Source of the DNA: Desulfatiglandales bacterium
Lineage (GTDB): Bacteria; Desulfobacterota; DSM-4660; Desulfatiglandales; Desulfatiglandaceae
DNA: 64,000 bases
Direction: 5' to 3'
NCBI GenBank assembly: GCA_963666345.1
Contig: OY762721.1
Location: 2,592,001-2,656,000 of the forward strand
Numbering within the stretch: position 1 is the stretch's first letter; each line of letters opens with the position of its first letter. Below the pieces are notes generated by a model, which worked only from the letters and a program-made list of their open reading frames with translations, was not told the DNA's origin and did no database searches. Positions 18,946-29,400 of the stretch are shown piece by piece. A program made the position numbers and the translations under genes.

Positions 18946-20310
18946 CTAAGTTTTTTCAATCTCTTTTGAGATCGCCTCTCTTTTGAGTATATCATAATAA
19001 GTTAGTATCCTGTTTACATATCTTACCGGCTCGGTCCCCCTGCAGTATCCGTATCTGGTGCCGGTGTAATATCCGGGGTAGCTCAAAAGCGGCAGGATTT
19101 CCTCCATGGATGCCCAGTTATAAGGGTTGAGCCCTTTTTCCGTGGCGATTTTCTGTGCATCCCTTATATGTCCATGCCCTACATTGTAACTTGCAAGTGC
19201 AATAAGGAGTCTGTCCGGGTCCTGTGCCTTTTCGTAGCGGTCATAAAGTTTTCTAAGATAGTCGACTCCTGCCGTTATGCTCTGATCCGGATCTTTACGA
19301 TCCTCTATCCCCATCTCTTCGGCTGTTTTGCGGGTGAGCTGCATAATACCCTTTACCCCTGTATGGCTTTCCGCCTCCGGGTCGAGGTGGGATTCCTGAT
19401 ACGCAACCGCCGCAATCAGCCTCCAGTCAAACCGGTTCCTGCCGGATGCCTCCTTTATAGCCTCTTTATACCTTGGCAGCCTGGTATCCAGCCTTTGATG
19501 ATATTTTTTCAGGTCAAAGTAGTCGAAGATTTCAACATTATTGTAATATTTTTCATAGATCGCGGCAAAGGTCCCGTCTTTTTTTATCTTTTCAAAGAAC
19601 CTGTTTATCTCATCCAACAATTCCACGTTGCTTTTGTCGACCGCCCAGCCGAGAGATTGAACCTCTTCGAGCGGGAAGGCTATGCGAATGTCGGGATAGT
19701 AACGGCGATTCAAAAGGGCCACATTGGAATCCGCTACGGTTATATCTATCTCCTTATCAGCCACCATTCTTATCAACTCTTCGGTGGGGATGTCATCATA
19801 GAGCCTTATGTTTATGTCAAGACCCTGCCGCCTGAGTTGATTAAGCCTTTCTTCGTATGACGTACCCCTTCTGACGCATATGGTTTTTCCGGAAAGGTCC
19901 TTAATCGATACTGTATTGTAATCGGCGGCATTAACTATTACCTGTTGCTGCACTGTGAGGTATTCCCGGGAAAAATTTACATGCATTGCCCGTGACGGCA
20001 GAACGCTCATGCTGGCGGCAATGAAATCGGCCTCGCCCTGTTTAAGGGAAGGGATTAGGTCCGTCCAGGAAGTGCTTTTGATCCTCAGTTCCACCCCAAG
20101 GTGCCTGCTGAACGCCAGCGCGAGGTCATACTCAAAACCCATAGGCTCTTCCCTGTAATAGTAATAGGAGTGGGCATTATTCCTGGTGAGCATTGTTATC
20201 TCGCCGGAGTCTTTAATCCTCACCAAGGCCCCTTCTCTTGAACATGAACAGGGTATGAGCATAATGATCAGGATAAGCAAATGTATCCTGATAAAAAGAC
20301 CTGACTTCAT
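18946..20310 (-). CDS. mltF: Membrane-bound lytic murein transglycosylase F
   Basis: SBP-3 domain (GFEYDLA) plus SLT domain (AYQESH, GIMQLT, LASYNVG.GH..DA, YGYCRG.EP..YV). Start moved to MKSGLF. Confidence 0.9.
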   Translation of the reverse strand: MKSGLFIRIHLLILIIMLIPCSCSREGALVRIKDSGEITMLTRNNAHSYYYYREEPMGFEYDLALAFSRHLGVELRIKSTSWTDLIPSLKQGEADFIAASMSVLPSRAMHVNFSREYLTVQQQVIVNAADYNTVSIKDLSGKTICVRRGTSYEERLNQLRRQGLDINIRLYDDIPTEELIRMVADKEIDITVADSNVALLNRRYYPDIRIAFPLEEVQSLGWAVDKSNVELLDEINRFFEKIKKDGTFAAIYEKYYNNVEIFDYFDLKKYHQRLDTRLPRYKEAIKEASGRNRFDWRLIAAVAYQESHLDPEAESHTGVKGIMQLTRKTAEEMGIEDRKDPDQSITAGVDYLRKLYDRYEKAQDPDRLLIALASYNVGHGHIRDAQKIATEKGLNPYNWASMEEILPLLSYPGYYTGTRYGYCRGTEPVRYVNRILTYYDILKREAISKEIEKT

Positions 20311-20532
20311 GGTTCTCTCCGATATACTTCTGTTTCCCCTTTTTTGCTCTAAAAACAGCTCAATAAAAAGAAATAATCTATATCCTAAAAAGATTAAGTC
20401 AATGGCCCCATAAAAGAAAGGCTCAAGTTGCCATTTTGATGGCTGCTCCTTGAGCCTTTTTTTATGAATATGGCTTTTTAAATTTTTTGGACACCCTTCC
20501 ATTTTAGATGAGAAAGGGTATCTTGAGGGCTT

Positions 20533-21462
20533 TTAGCTCCTGAAGAAGACCTTTACGAATTCAGACCAGTTTTCACCATCAAGTTCTGAAAAAATGTCAT
20601 CCACAGAAACACCACCATCCGCTGCCAGGCTGAGATCTTTATTTGCTTGGTTAAAAAGCCTTTCCTTCTCTTCTTTTAGGAAGGCTTTCGCATTTTCCCC
20701 AAAATAGAGGCCCTTGAGGTTTTTACGCAAAGAAGCAGGTTCGACTATGAACAGCCACCCTTCTCCGTAAGGGGATTTATTCACCAACTCGCTTTGCTCG
20801 GCTATCTTTTCATTTACACGGACAACTAAACCATCAATAGGTGACAAAACCTGTGCCGTGTCACCATTTTTTCTTATAGTGAACGCTGTCTTGCCCTGTG
20901 AAAGACTTTGGCCTGTATTGGGGAGCTCAATTCGACTCGGTTTTTTGAAGAATCTCTGAGCAAAATCATCAAGCCCTACTCTGACACGCCCTCCGTATTC
21001 CGGCCTTGCCCAGGTATGGCCCTCGTGGTAGTAAAAGTCTTCAGCAATTCCAAAACCTGCTGCTTCACCGGTTGTTTTGGCCGGTAGTTCATCTGTCTGT
21101 ACTCTTTCCTGCATCATCTGGTCGAAGGCGCAGTTACCGCACTCATAGGAATTAGGGCAGAGTTTCCGGACAACCTCCCCGGTTATCATGTAGCGGCATT
21201 TACGCTGGGATGAGGGTAGCTGCATCATCTTTTCAACCCATGAAGCAGGGATTTGATCAGCAGCTTTTTGATCCGGTGCCGCAAGGGCTGCTTCTTTTTG
21301 GCGGGCAACTTTTAACTGCATCGCCTGATCGTAGACGCAGGTCGAACAGTCGTAATTATTGTCACATAGTTTGTATGATACAACCCCTGCCTCCATCCAG
21401 ATGCATCTTTTTTTACCGGGGGGCACTATTTTCATTGAATCTTTTCTAATATTTTTCCCCAT
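20533..21462 (-). CDS. GcvH-fold protein lacking the lipoyl-Lys, with two N-terminal Cys4 repeats
   Basis: HEGHTW, VRVGLDDFAQ, SPIDG.V..VN, NKSPYGEGW; the ESVKA hairpin is replaced by RKNGD. Start MGKNIR after SD AGGAG. Confidence 0.8.
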   Translation of the reverse strand: MGKNIRKDSMKIVPPGKKRCIWMEAGVVSYKLCDNNYDCSTCVYDQAMQLKVARQKEAALAAPDQKAADQIPASWVEKMMQLPSSQRKCRYMITGEVVRKLCPNSYECGNCAFDQMMQERVQTDELPAKTTGEAAGFGIAEDFYYHEGHTWARPEYGGRVRVGLDDFAQRFFKKPSRIELPNTGQSLSQGKTAFTIRKNGDTAQVLSPIDGLVVRVNEKIAEQSELVNKSPYGEGWLFIVEPASLRKNLKGLYFGENAKAFLKEEKERLFNQANKDLSLAADGGVSVDDIFSELDGENWSEFVKVFFRS

Positions 21463-21594
21463 GACTATTTCTCCTTGCAAATACTTTTTTTGAGTTTGGA
21501 TATTCAATGGTTTTTAAAAAATTTGATATGGCTTCTCGGGTTGTCGTACCCTTTTTGAGGCCTTCTCGGTTACACAGATTCTGTAGATTTAAGA

Positions 21595-21610
21595 AGCAAG
21601 AAAAATGCCA
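21595..21610 (-). promoter_or_regulatory. Sigma54 (-24/-12) promoter of the GcvH-like gene
   Basis: TGGCATTTTTCTTGCT (GG-N10-GC). Confidence 0.75.
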
Positions 21611-21707
21611 CTTTTTCATGAAAGTGTAATTTCTTTGTAACCAGATGATTTATCATGGAATTTTTTTAAATCGGCGAAATGACCCTTTTCAAGAAAGTCC
21701 TCCACTC

Positions 21708-21823
21708 TGTTGGAAAATTAGGCATTTGTTATAATTTAAGGCCATCAATAAGTTGTAACACCTTAATATTCGGTCTGTTATAAAATGTGTCAAAAAATAC
21801 GGCATATGTCTAATAACTAGGCA
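21708..21823. promoter_or_regulatory. Four 17-bp enhancer-like boxes for a sigma54 activator
   Basis: TGT-N11-GC(A/C) at 21708, 21727, 21788 and 21807. Confidence 0.6.
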
Positions 21824-21853
21824 TTCTTTCTCATGTTTTATAAATGAGGTTGT

Positions 21854-22417
21854 CTATAAGGATGAGGTCTTAAGGTGCCACTGGAAGAGGTCCCGACAGG
21901 TAGGACAAAAGGCAAACCCTTTACGGTCCGTATCCTTTATGAGTGAAGAGGAGTACATTACACATCGCCTGTCTCTGCAGTGTGTGAGGCCGAAACAGTG
22001 ACCCAATTCATGCAATGCGGTTTTCTTTACCCTGGACATGAAAAGGCCTGGGTCAGGGGGAAGGTCATAAAACTGTGGACGCAGACGAAAAAGAGAAATG
22101 ACTGAACATTTTCCTCCCATCTGGGCCAGACCGAAAATATATTTGAAGATCGGTACATACAGATCCAGATAGGTGACGCCGATTATCCTTAAGGCCTCAT
22201 GGGGGCAGCATTTCAAGAGATAGGGAAGAATCAGTTTTGAGTTGTATTGATCCCTTTCCCTGTTGTATGCATGATAAGGGCACTGTGCTGTATCGGCGAT
22301 AATACATCCGGTGCCGCATTGAGTATCAATGCAATGGGCAATACAGGTAAGGATATCTTCTTCGACAAAACCGATGGGGCAGATCGTAACGCAATCTGAA
22401 TAATTGATCCGGGACAC
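21854..22417 (-). CDS. Archaemetzincin (peptidase M54) zinc metalloprotease
   Basis: HELGHCFGLTHC, C.M Met-turn, D.K...FC..C second Zn site, IFGLA, R.QY. Confidence 0.88.
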   Translation of the reverse strand: MSRINYSDCVTICPIGFVEEDILTCIAHCIDTQCGTGCIIADTAQCPYHAYNRERDQYNSKLILPYLLKCCPHEALRIIGVTYLDLYVPIFKYIFGLAQMGGKCSVISLFRLRPQFYDLPPDPGLFMSRVKKTALHELGHCFGLTHCRDRRCVMYSSSLIKDTDRKGFAFCPTCRDLFQWHLKTSSL

Positions 22418-22494
22418 CCCCTTTTTAAATGTTTCCGCCCTGTTTACCGCCTAGAGTCATATATGAAAATTTGGATGTCGGTGGCAGACTATCT

Positions 22495-23838
22495 TTACAC
22501 CCTTACGATTTGATATTTACTAAGCTTGTTGTAAAGCGTCTGTCGGTCGATGCCCAACTCACGGGCGGTAAGGCTGATATTCCAGTTGTTTTCATTGAGT
22601 ATTCTCTCGATATGCATTTTTTCCATCATTTTAAGGGATTTTGGCAACTCCCCCTGCCCGATATCCTTCCTAGAAAAGGGCAGGTCTTCGATGCTAATCT
22701 CGTTACCCCTTCCGATCACCAGGGCGCGTTCAATGATGTTCTCAAGCTCCCTGACATTTCCGGGCCAGTCATATTCGGTTAACAGCTTCAGGGCGGAAGG
22801 TGCGACCTTCAGCATCTCTTTATTCATCTCCAGACAGTATTTGTGGATAAAGGCTTCTACCAGCATAGGTATATCTTCCCGCCTTTCTCTCAAGGGAGGA
22901 ACGTGAATGGTAATTACATTAAGGCGATAGAACAGGTCTTCTCTGAATTTGTTTTCCTTGATGGCATTTTGAAGATTACGATTGGTTGCAGCCAGTATAC
23001 GCACATCCACCTTTATCTGATTTTCACCCCCCAGGCGTCTGAATTCCTTTGTCTGCAATATCCTCAAAAGATCCACCTGGGTTTTAAGGCTTATATCGCC
23101 TATTTCATCCAAAAACAGTGTCCCCTGGTCGGCCATTTCGAATCGGCCCTTTTTGGTATGCTCCGCTCCTGTAAAGGCACCTTTTTCATAACCGAATAGT
23201 TCACTTTCAAGTAGCGAATCGGGTAATGCTCCGCAACTTACTGCAATAAAAGGCATATAACAGCGTTGGCTGTTTCCATGGATGGCCTCCGCGATCAATT
23301 CCTTGCCTGTGCCGCTTTCACCCGTGATAAGAATCGTTGATTCGGTAGGCGCAACCTTATCGATCAGCTCAAAAATTTCCTGCATGGCATCGCTTCTTCC
23401 GATTATCTCATCGTACCTGTATTTTTCTTCCAGCTGCCTTCTCAGAAGGATGTTTTCGAGAATCAGTTCCTTATGGGCGACAATCTTTTTGACCTGCAGC
23501 TCTATTTCATCAGGATCAAAGGGTTTCACGAGATAATCAAAGGCCCCTTCTTTCATTGCCTTGACAGCCGTATCTACTGTTGCATAGGCGGTCATCATCA
23601 GCACTTCGGTTTCCCGGTTTATCTCCTTGAGCCTCTTGAGTGTCTCAAGGCCATCCATGCCAGGCATCTTAAGATCAAGCAATACGACATCCCACTTGTT
23701 TCCCCGGGCAACAGCTATAGCTTCCTCCCCACTTGAGGCAATCCCCACCTCATAGCCATCTTCCATGAGCCAATCCTTTAGGGAACCCCTTACGGAGGCT
23801 TCATCATCAACGACAAGAATTTTGGGATTTTTGGCCAT
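22495..23838 (-). CDS. Sigma54-dependent response regulator (NtrC/AtoC type)
   Basis: Receiver (VVDDE, DLKMP), GESGTGKE, ESELFG, GAFTGA, WPGNVRELEN, Fis HTH. Confidence 0.95.
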   Translation of the reverse strand: MAKNPKILVVDDEASVRGSLKDWLMEDGYEVGIASSGEEAIAVARGNKWDVVLLDLKMPGMDGLETLKRLKEINRETEVLMMTAYATVDTAVKAMKEGAFDYLVKPFDPDEIELQVKKIVAHKELILENILLRRQLEEKYRYDEIIGRSDAMQEIFELIDKVAPTESTILITGESGTGKELIAEAIHGNSQRCYMPFIAVSCGALPDSLLESELFGYEKGAFTGAEHTKKGRFEMADQGTLFLDEIGDISLKTQVDLLRILQTKEFRRLGGENQIKVDVRILAATNRNLQNAIKENKFREDLFYRLNVITIHVPPLRERREDIPMLVEAFIHKYCLEMNKEMLKVAPSALKLLTEYDWPGNVRELENIIERALVIGRGNEISIEDLPFSRKDIGQGELPKSLKMMEKMHIERILNENNWNISLTARELGIDRQTLYNKLSKYQIVRV

Positions 23839-24013
23839 TCTATTTTCACCTCCGATATCGCTTTTCCCGCAATGCCATTTCTTATGCCGGCCGGGAATTG
23901 CCCGAAAAGGCAGAGTTTCTAATTGAATTTTTCACTGCCCATGCATAAATACTTATTGATCCCGCTTGGTGAGAATCAAAAAGTTTTTGACGGCTACGGT
24001 TGATACACACTTT

Positions 24014-26080
24014 TTATTCTGCCACAGGCAGTCTGACAGTAAAGTCAGTTCCTTTTTCAGGGGAGCTTTCCACCGTGATGGCGCCATTGTGATATGTGAT
24101 AATCCCGTACACTACAGACAGGCCCAATCCGACCCCCTTACCCTCTTCCTTGGTCGTAAAAAAGGGCTCAAAGATGTTTTCAAGATCTTTTGCGGAGATA
24201 CCGCAGCCGGTGTCCGAAATCATTATTTCGAGGAAGTCGTTGTCTTTAGAGGGCCTCACATCCAGTGTGATGGTTCCCCCATGCGGCATAGCCTCCGAGG
24301 CGTTACTTATCAGGTTCAGAAAGGCCTGCTGCAACTGCTTGAAATCGCATTTCACCTTTGGCAGGTCTTTTTCAAAATTTTTGACAAGTTTGATTTTTTT
24401 CATCTCGAGATCGTGTGAAATAATGGCGATTGTTTTTTCTAGGATACCGTTAATGCTCTGTATTTCAAATGAAATGGGAGAGCGGCGGGAAAAGGCGAGA
24501 AGATTTTTCACAATTTCACCACACCTGGTTATCTCCGATTCCATGGTTTCCAGATACCGTGATATATCCTCGATCCTTTCAGGGGTAAACATGCCGCGAT
24601 CCAGGAGTTTCATCATTAATCGGAGATAGGTCAATACAGCGGTCAGAGGATTGTTTATTTCGTGGGCAATGGTGGCTGCCAATTTCCCCAGGGACGCCAG
24701 TTTTTCTGTACGGATGATCTGCTCTTTGGCCTTTTTCAGCTCATGATAGGCGGTTTTGAGATTTTCATACAGGTTCGCGTTATCCACCGCAACCCCTATC
24801 TGATTGCCGATTGCTGCGAGAAATTCCAGGTATTCAGGCGAAAATTTGAAGATATGGCTCGAGACACACATGACTCCCACTGATTTGCCTTTTGAGACAA
24901 GAGGGATATAGGCGGTAGACATAAGGCCCTCTCTCAGAAGAGCTTCCTTGTGTGGACTTTCCGCCTGAAGAAGGTTATCCATTATTTTCGTCTCTCCCGT
25001 GAGCACAGTCCCTCCGAGGAACCCTACCCCAACCTCACGGCTCTTGATGAAATCCTTGGCCACAAATTCCTCTGATAACCCCTTTTGCGCAAACAAGTTG
25101 AGGGTTTTCTTCCGTCTGTCCAGGAGGTAAATCCTGACGCTTTGAGATTCGGTGATTTCCAGAACTTTATCGACAGTGCTGCGAAGGACCTCGTCCAGTT
25201 TAAGAGAACTGCTAACCTCCATGGAGATTGAATTTAGGGTGGCGAGCCTTGCATTCTGCCTCTCTATCTGAAGCTGGAATTTTTTTCTCCCGGTAATGTC
25301 CCTAATGATGGTTACATAACCGCTGATATGTCCCTTTGCATCCAAAATAACATTTGAAGACAACAGCGCGTCAAATATGCGTGATCCTTTTCCTGAGAGC
25401 CTTGCTTCGAATTCTTTGACCACCCCGTTGCGAAGGGACATCTCTCGAAAACGTTTGAGATCCTTCTTTCTGACAAAAAGGGATCCACTGGAGTGAAGGG
25501 AAAGAATCTCCTCTTTGCTATTAAAACCAAGTAATTCGATTCCTGCGCTGTTGATATCAATAATCTTTTCCAAAGAATCGATCAGGATGATAGAATCACG
25601 GGATCTTTCAAAGATGGTCCTGTATCTTTCCTCAGATTTTTCCAGTTCCTTCAGGCGTGAAAAAAGAATTTGTTCTATGTTGTTTGTTGCCTTTTTTAGT
25701 TCCTGCTGTAAGTGCTTTTTCTGAGAAAGGTCTGTTGCAGTTTCAAGAGCGAACAGGATATCCCCCCTGTCATCTCTGACCGGAGTGGATTTAATGAGCA
25801 TTTTAGCCCTTCTGCCGTCTCTCATTTTTACGAATTCTTCATCCCAGTGCACTTTGCCGTCTTTAAAGGATTTTTTCACAGGGCATTTCTCACACCTTTT
25901 TCCCCGCTTTTTCCAAACGCTGTAGCAATAACTGTCAGGCTCGATTCCGAATTCATTTTTGAAAAGGTTATTCGCCATAATTATCCGGAAGTCTTTGTTG
26001 ATGGCTATCACGTAATCGGTAACACTCTCAACGAGCGCCTGGTATTCCTTCCTCCCGTCTGTTTTATCACCGATTTCCAT
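24014..26080 (-). CDS. PAS-PAS-GAF sensor histidine kinase
   Basis: AHEINNPL H-box, NLISNA, DTGCG, FEPFFTTK, GLGL; no TM helices. Confidence 0.92.
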   Translation of the reverse strand: MEIGDKTDGRKEYQALVESVTDYVIAINKDFRIIMANNLFKNEFGIEPDSYCYSVWKKRGKRCEKCPVKKSFKDGKVHWDEEFVKMRDGRRAKMLIKSTPVRDDRGDILFALETATDLSQKKHLQQELKKATNNIEQILFSRLKELEKSEERYRTIFERSRDSIILIDSLEKIIDINSAGIELLGFNSKEEILSLHSSGSLFVRKKDLKRFREMSLRNGVVKEFEARLSGKGSRIFDALLSSNVILDAKGHISGYVTIIRDITGRKKFQLQIERQNARLATLNSISMEVSSSLKLDEVLRSTVDKVLEITESQSVRIYLLDRRKKTLNLFAQKGLSEEFVAKDFIKSREVGVGFLGGTVLTGETKIMDNLLQAESPHKEALLREGLMSTAYIPLVSKGKSVGVMCVSSHIFKFSPEYLEFLAAIGNQIGVAVDNANLYENLKTAYHELKKAKEQIIRTEKLASLGKLAATIAHEINNPLTAVLTYLRLMMKLLDRGMFTPERIEDISRYLETMESEITRCGEIVKNLLAFSRRSPISFEIQSINGILEKTIAIISHDLEMKKIKLVKNFEKDLPKVKCDFKQLQQAFLNLISNASEAMPHGGTITLDVRPSKDNDFLEIMISDTGCGISAKDLENIFEPFFTTKEEGKGVGLGLSVVYGIITYHNGAITVESSPEKGTDFTVRLPVAE

Positions 26081-26317
26081 GTTTTATTCTTGAATTTGTC
26101 GAAAGGACTCTCTTATAAAAAAGAGTTTTGAGTTAACGAAGTATTAAGAATCGTATCTGATTTTGATAAATGAGCCTTTAAAAAAAACATCATTATTGCT
26201 GAAATTACAGCACAAAAGACATGGATGATCAAGCAGATAAACTTGTTCTACGGCAACTCGGATGGGAACGATCTCGGCGGTTAAGGGAACGGCCTTTGAT
26301 GAAAGGGAAATAGCCTC

Positions 26318-26347
26318 TTGACAAAAAGGGAAGATTGCTAGTATAAA
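26318..26347 (+). promoter_or_regulatory. Candidate sigma70 promoter of the hdr-flx cluster
   Basis: TTGACA with TG-n-TAGTAT or TATAAA downstream; spacing is not ideal. Confidence 0.4.
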
Positions 26348-26435
26348 CGTATGTTTTTATAACTATTTTATTATTTTTTCAGTAAGTTAAATCACATAGA
26401 TCACAAGCAAATGTTGCATATGATAGGAGGCACCA

Positions 26436-29400
26436 ATGAGTGTAAGCATGCCCGAAAGTGTTTGCGGTGCAGTAATGGTCGTTGGCGGAGGGATCGGCGG
26501 TATTCAATCGGCCCTTGACCTTGCTAATTCAGGCTATTATGTTCATCTTGTGGAAAAATCACCTGCGATAGGTGGGGCTATGTCACAGTTGGATAAAACA
26601 TTTCCAACAAATGACTGCGCAATGTGAATTATCTCGCCCAAACTGGTCGAGGTCGGCCGGCACTTGAACATCGAGCTTCATACCTGCTCCGAAGTTGATA
26701 ATGTTGAAGGGACGCAGGGTAATTTTCAGGTGACACTTCGCAAACACCCCCGTTTCATAGATCTTGAAGCCTGCACAGGATGCGGAGACTGCGCCAAGGT
26801 CTGCCCTGTGGTCAGGCCTAGTGAATATGACATGAAACTGGGTACTCGTAAGGCGGTTTACAAGCCTTATGCACAGGCTATTCCAGGTGCATTTGCAATA
26901 GAAAAGCTTGACAAGGCCCCATGCGGACTTGCCTGCCCCGCCAACCTGAATGTGCAGGGCTATGTGCAGATGGTTAAGGAGGGCAAGTATAGAGAGGCGG
27001 TCGAGATTATTATGAAGGATCTGCCTCTGCCGGGAGTACTTGGCAGGGTTTGCCCCCATCCCTGCGAAAAGAGTTGTCGGCGTCTTGAAGTCGATGAGCC
27101 GATTGCCATCCGTGAACTCAAGAGGGTCGCAGCCGATCAAGTCGATCTGGCGGATATCCCGGTGCCTGAAACCGCGACGCGTGAAGAAAGCGTAGCTGTA
27201 GTAGGTTCCGGTCCTTCAGGTCTGTCCGCGGCCTATTTCCTGGCCCTTGATGGGTATCAAGTAAGCGTTTATGAGGCTATGCCGGAAACAGGCGGAATGT
27301 TGCGGTATGGTATCCCTGAACACCGGCTTCCCAGAGATGTGCTTGATTCGGAAATAGAGAACCTCAAGAGATACGGCATCAAAATTTATACAAATACGCC
27401 TATAGGGAAAGACCTTACTCTGAAGGACCTGCGAAAAGGAGGAGCTCGGGCGATCTTTCTGGCTACGGGTGCCTGGAAAGGCCTTAAACTTAGAGTTCCC
27501 GGGGAGGGCCATTCTAAAAATGTTGAGGATGTTACCTCTTTTCTAAGGCAGGTTCATCTGGGAGAAAAAAGAGCGCTTCAAGGCAAAGTCTTGGTCATCG
27601 GCGGCGGGCACTCGGCCATAGACGCTGCTCGATTGGCGCTAAGGTTGGGAGCGGAGCAGGTCGGTATAATTTATCGCCGATCAAGCCGGGAGATGCTGGC
27701 TGAGCCTGAAGAGGTAGCGGAGGCTGAAAAGGAAGGAGTAAAAATCCATTATCAGGTAGCTCCCTTGAAGATTGAAAGTGATGGAGAGAAGCTTTCAGGG
27801 ATTGAATGTATTCGTACCCGCCTTACTCAAGCCGATACAACGGGAAGACGAAAACCTATTCCCATAGAAAGCTCGGAATTTTTTATCGAAACCGATTATA
27901 TAATCTCCGCCATCGGCCAGGAGCCGGATCTTGATTTTCTGGGTGAAGGCCATGCTCTTGAGGTTTCCAAATGGAAACTTCTCATGGTAAATGGTGAGAC
28001 CTTGCAGACGAATATCCCTGATGTCTTTGCGGGTGGTGACGTTATTACGGGCCCTGCCACGGTAATAGAGGCGGTTGAAGCCGGGAAGAGAGGCGCAAAA
28101 TACATCGCAAAATATCTGCAGGGCGAAGATCTTCCTGCAGAGTGGTCCGAAGAGCCGCCTATCGGTACGAACTGGACGGAAATCCGAGATGATGAACCAA
28201 CCAGGCACCGACTTAAAACGCCCAGCCTTGCTTTGAAAGAGCGCCTTTCAGGCTTTAAGGAGGTTAATCTGCTCGCAGATGAAGAAGAGGCCCGGAAGGA
28301 GGCGGAACGATGCCTTAACTGCGGTGGGTGCTGTGAATGTTATCAATGCGTGGAGGCATGCAAGGCAAAGGCATTAACATTTGAGACGCACTCCCAAAAA
28401 GGACAGTCTGTTAAGCTCGATGTAGGCTCTGTGATTTTGGCCCCCGGTTTTGAATCTTTTGATCCTAAGCGTTTTGCCACGTACGGATACACTTCTTATC
28501 CGAACGTGATTACAAGTATGGAGTTTGAACGGATCCTCAGCGCTACGGGACCTTTTCAGGGACACCTGCAAAGACCATCCGATAGAAAGGAGGTCAGGAA
28601 AATCGCATGGCTTCAATGTATCGGATCAAGAGAGATCAACCAATGTGATAACGCCTACTGTTCATCCGTCTGTTGTATGTATGCGATAAAAGAGGCCGTG
28701 ATCGCAAAGGAGCATGCCGGAAGCGATCTTGATGCGACTCTGTTTTTTATGGATATGCGTACCCATGGAAAGGGTTTCGATAAATATTATTCCCGCGCCA
28801 AAGATGATCTGGGGGTGCGATTTATACGTTCCAGAATTCATACCATCGATCCTGCAGGCCCCGGCTCAGATGATCTGAAACTTGTTTACGCCGACGACAC
28901 CGGCACACTTAAAAATGAAATTTTTGACATGGTGGTTCTCTCCACCGGGCTCGAGATTTCCCCGGAGTCAAAGGAACTGGCTAAACGCCTCGATGTCCAA
29001 TTGGATTCCGATGGATTTGCCGAAACGAGCAGCTTTTCTCCTGTCGCATCTTCAAGACCCGGAGTATTTGTGTGCGGTGCCTTTTGCGGGCCCAAGGACA
29101 TACCTCAGTCGGTAATGGAATCCTCCGCCGCCTCTTCGGCCTCTGCAGCACTGCTTGCAGCCGGCAGGAACACGCTAGGCAGGAAAAAGACCTACCCGGA
29201 AGAGATGGCGATAGGAGATGAGGAACCGAGGATCGGGGTATTTGTCTGCCACTGCGGTATCAATATAGCCGGTGTGGTAGATGTGCCTGCTGTGAGGGAT
29301 TACGCGAGGAATCTTCCCAACGTGGTTTATGCAGGCGACAACCTTTTCACCTGCAGTCAGGATACCCAGGGGGTTATCAAGAAGGTGATCAAGGAAAACA

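Noticed and set aside
20533..21462. Functional glycine cleavage H protein
   Set aside because: The lipoyl-Lys is absent and no gcvP/gcvT genes are nearby.
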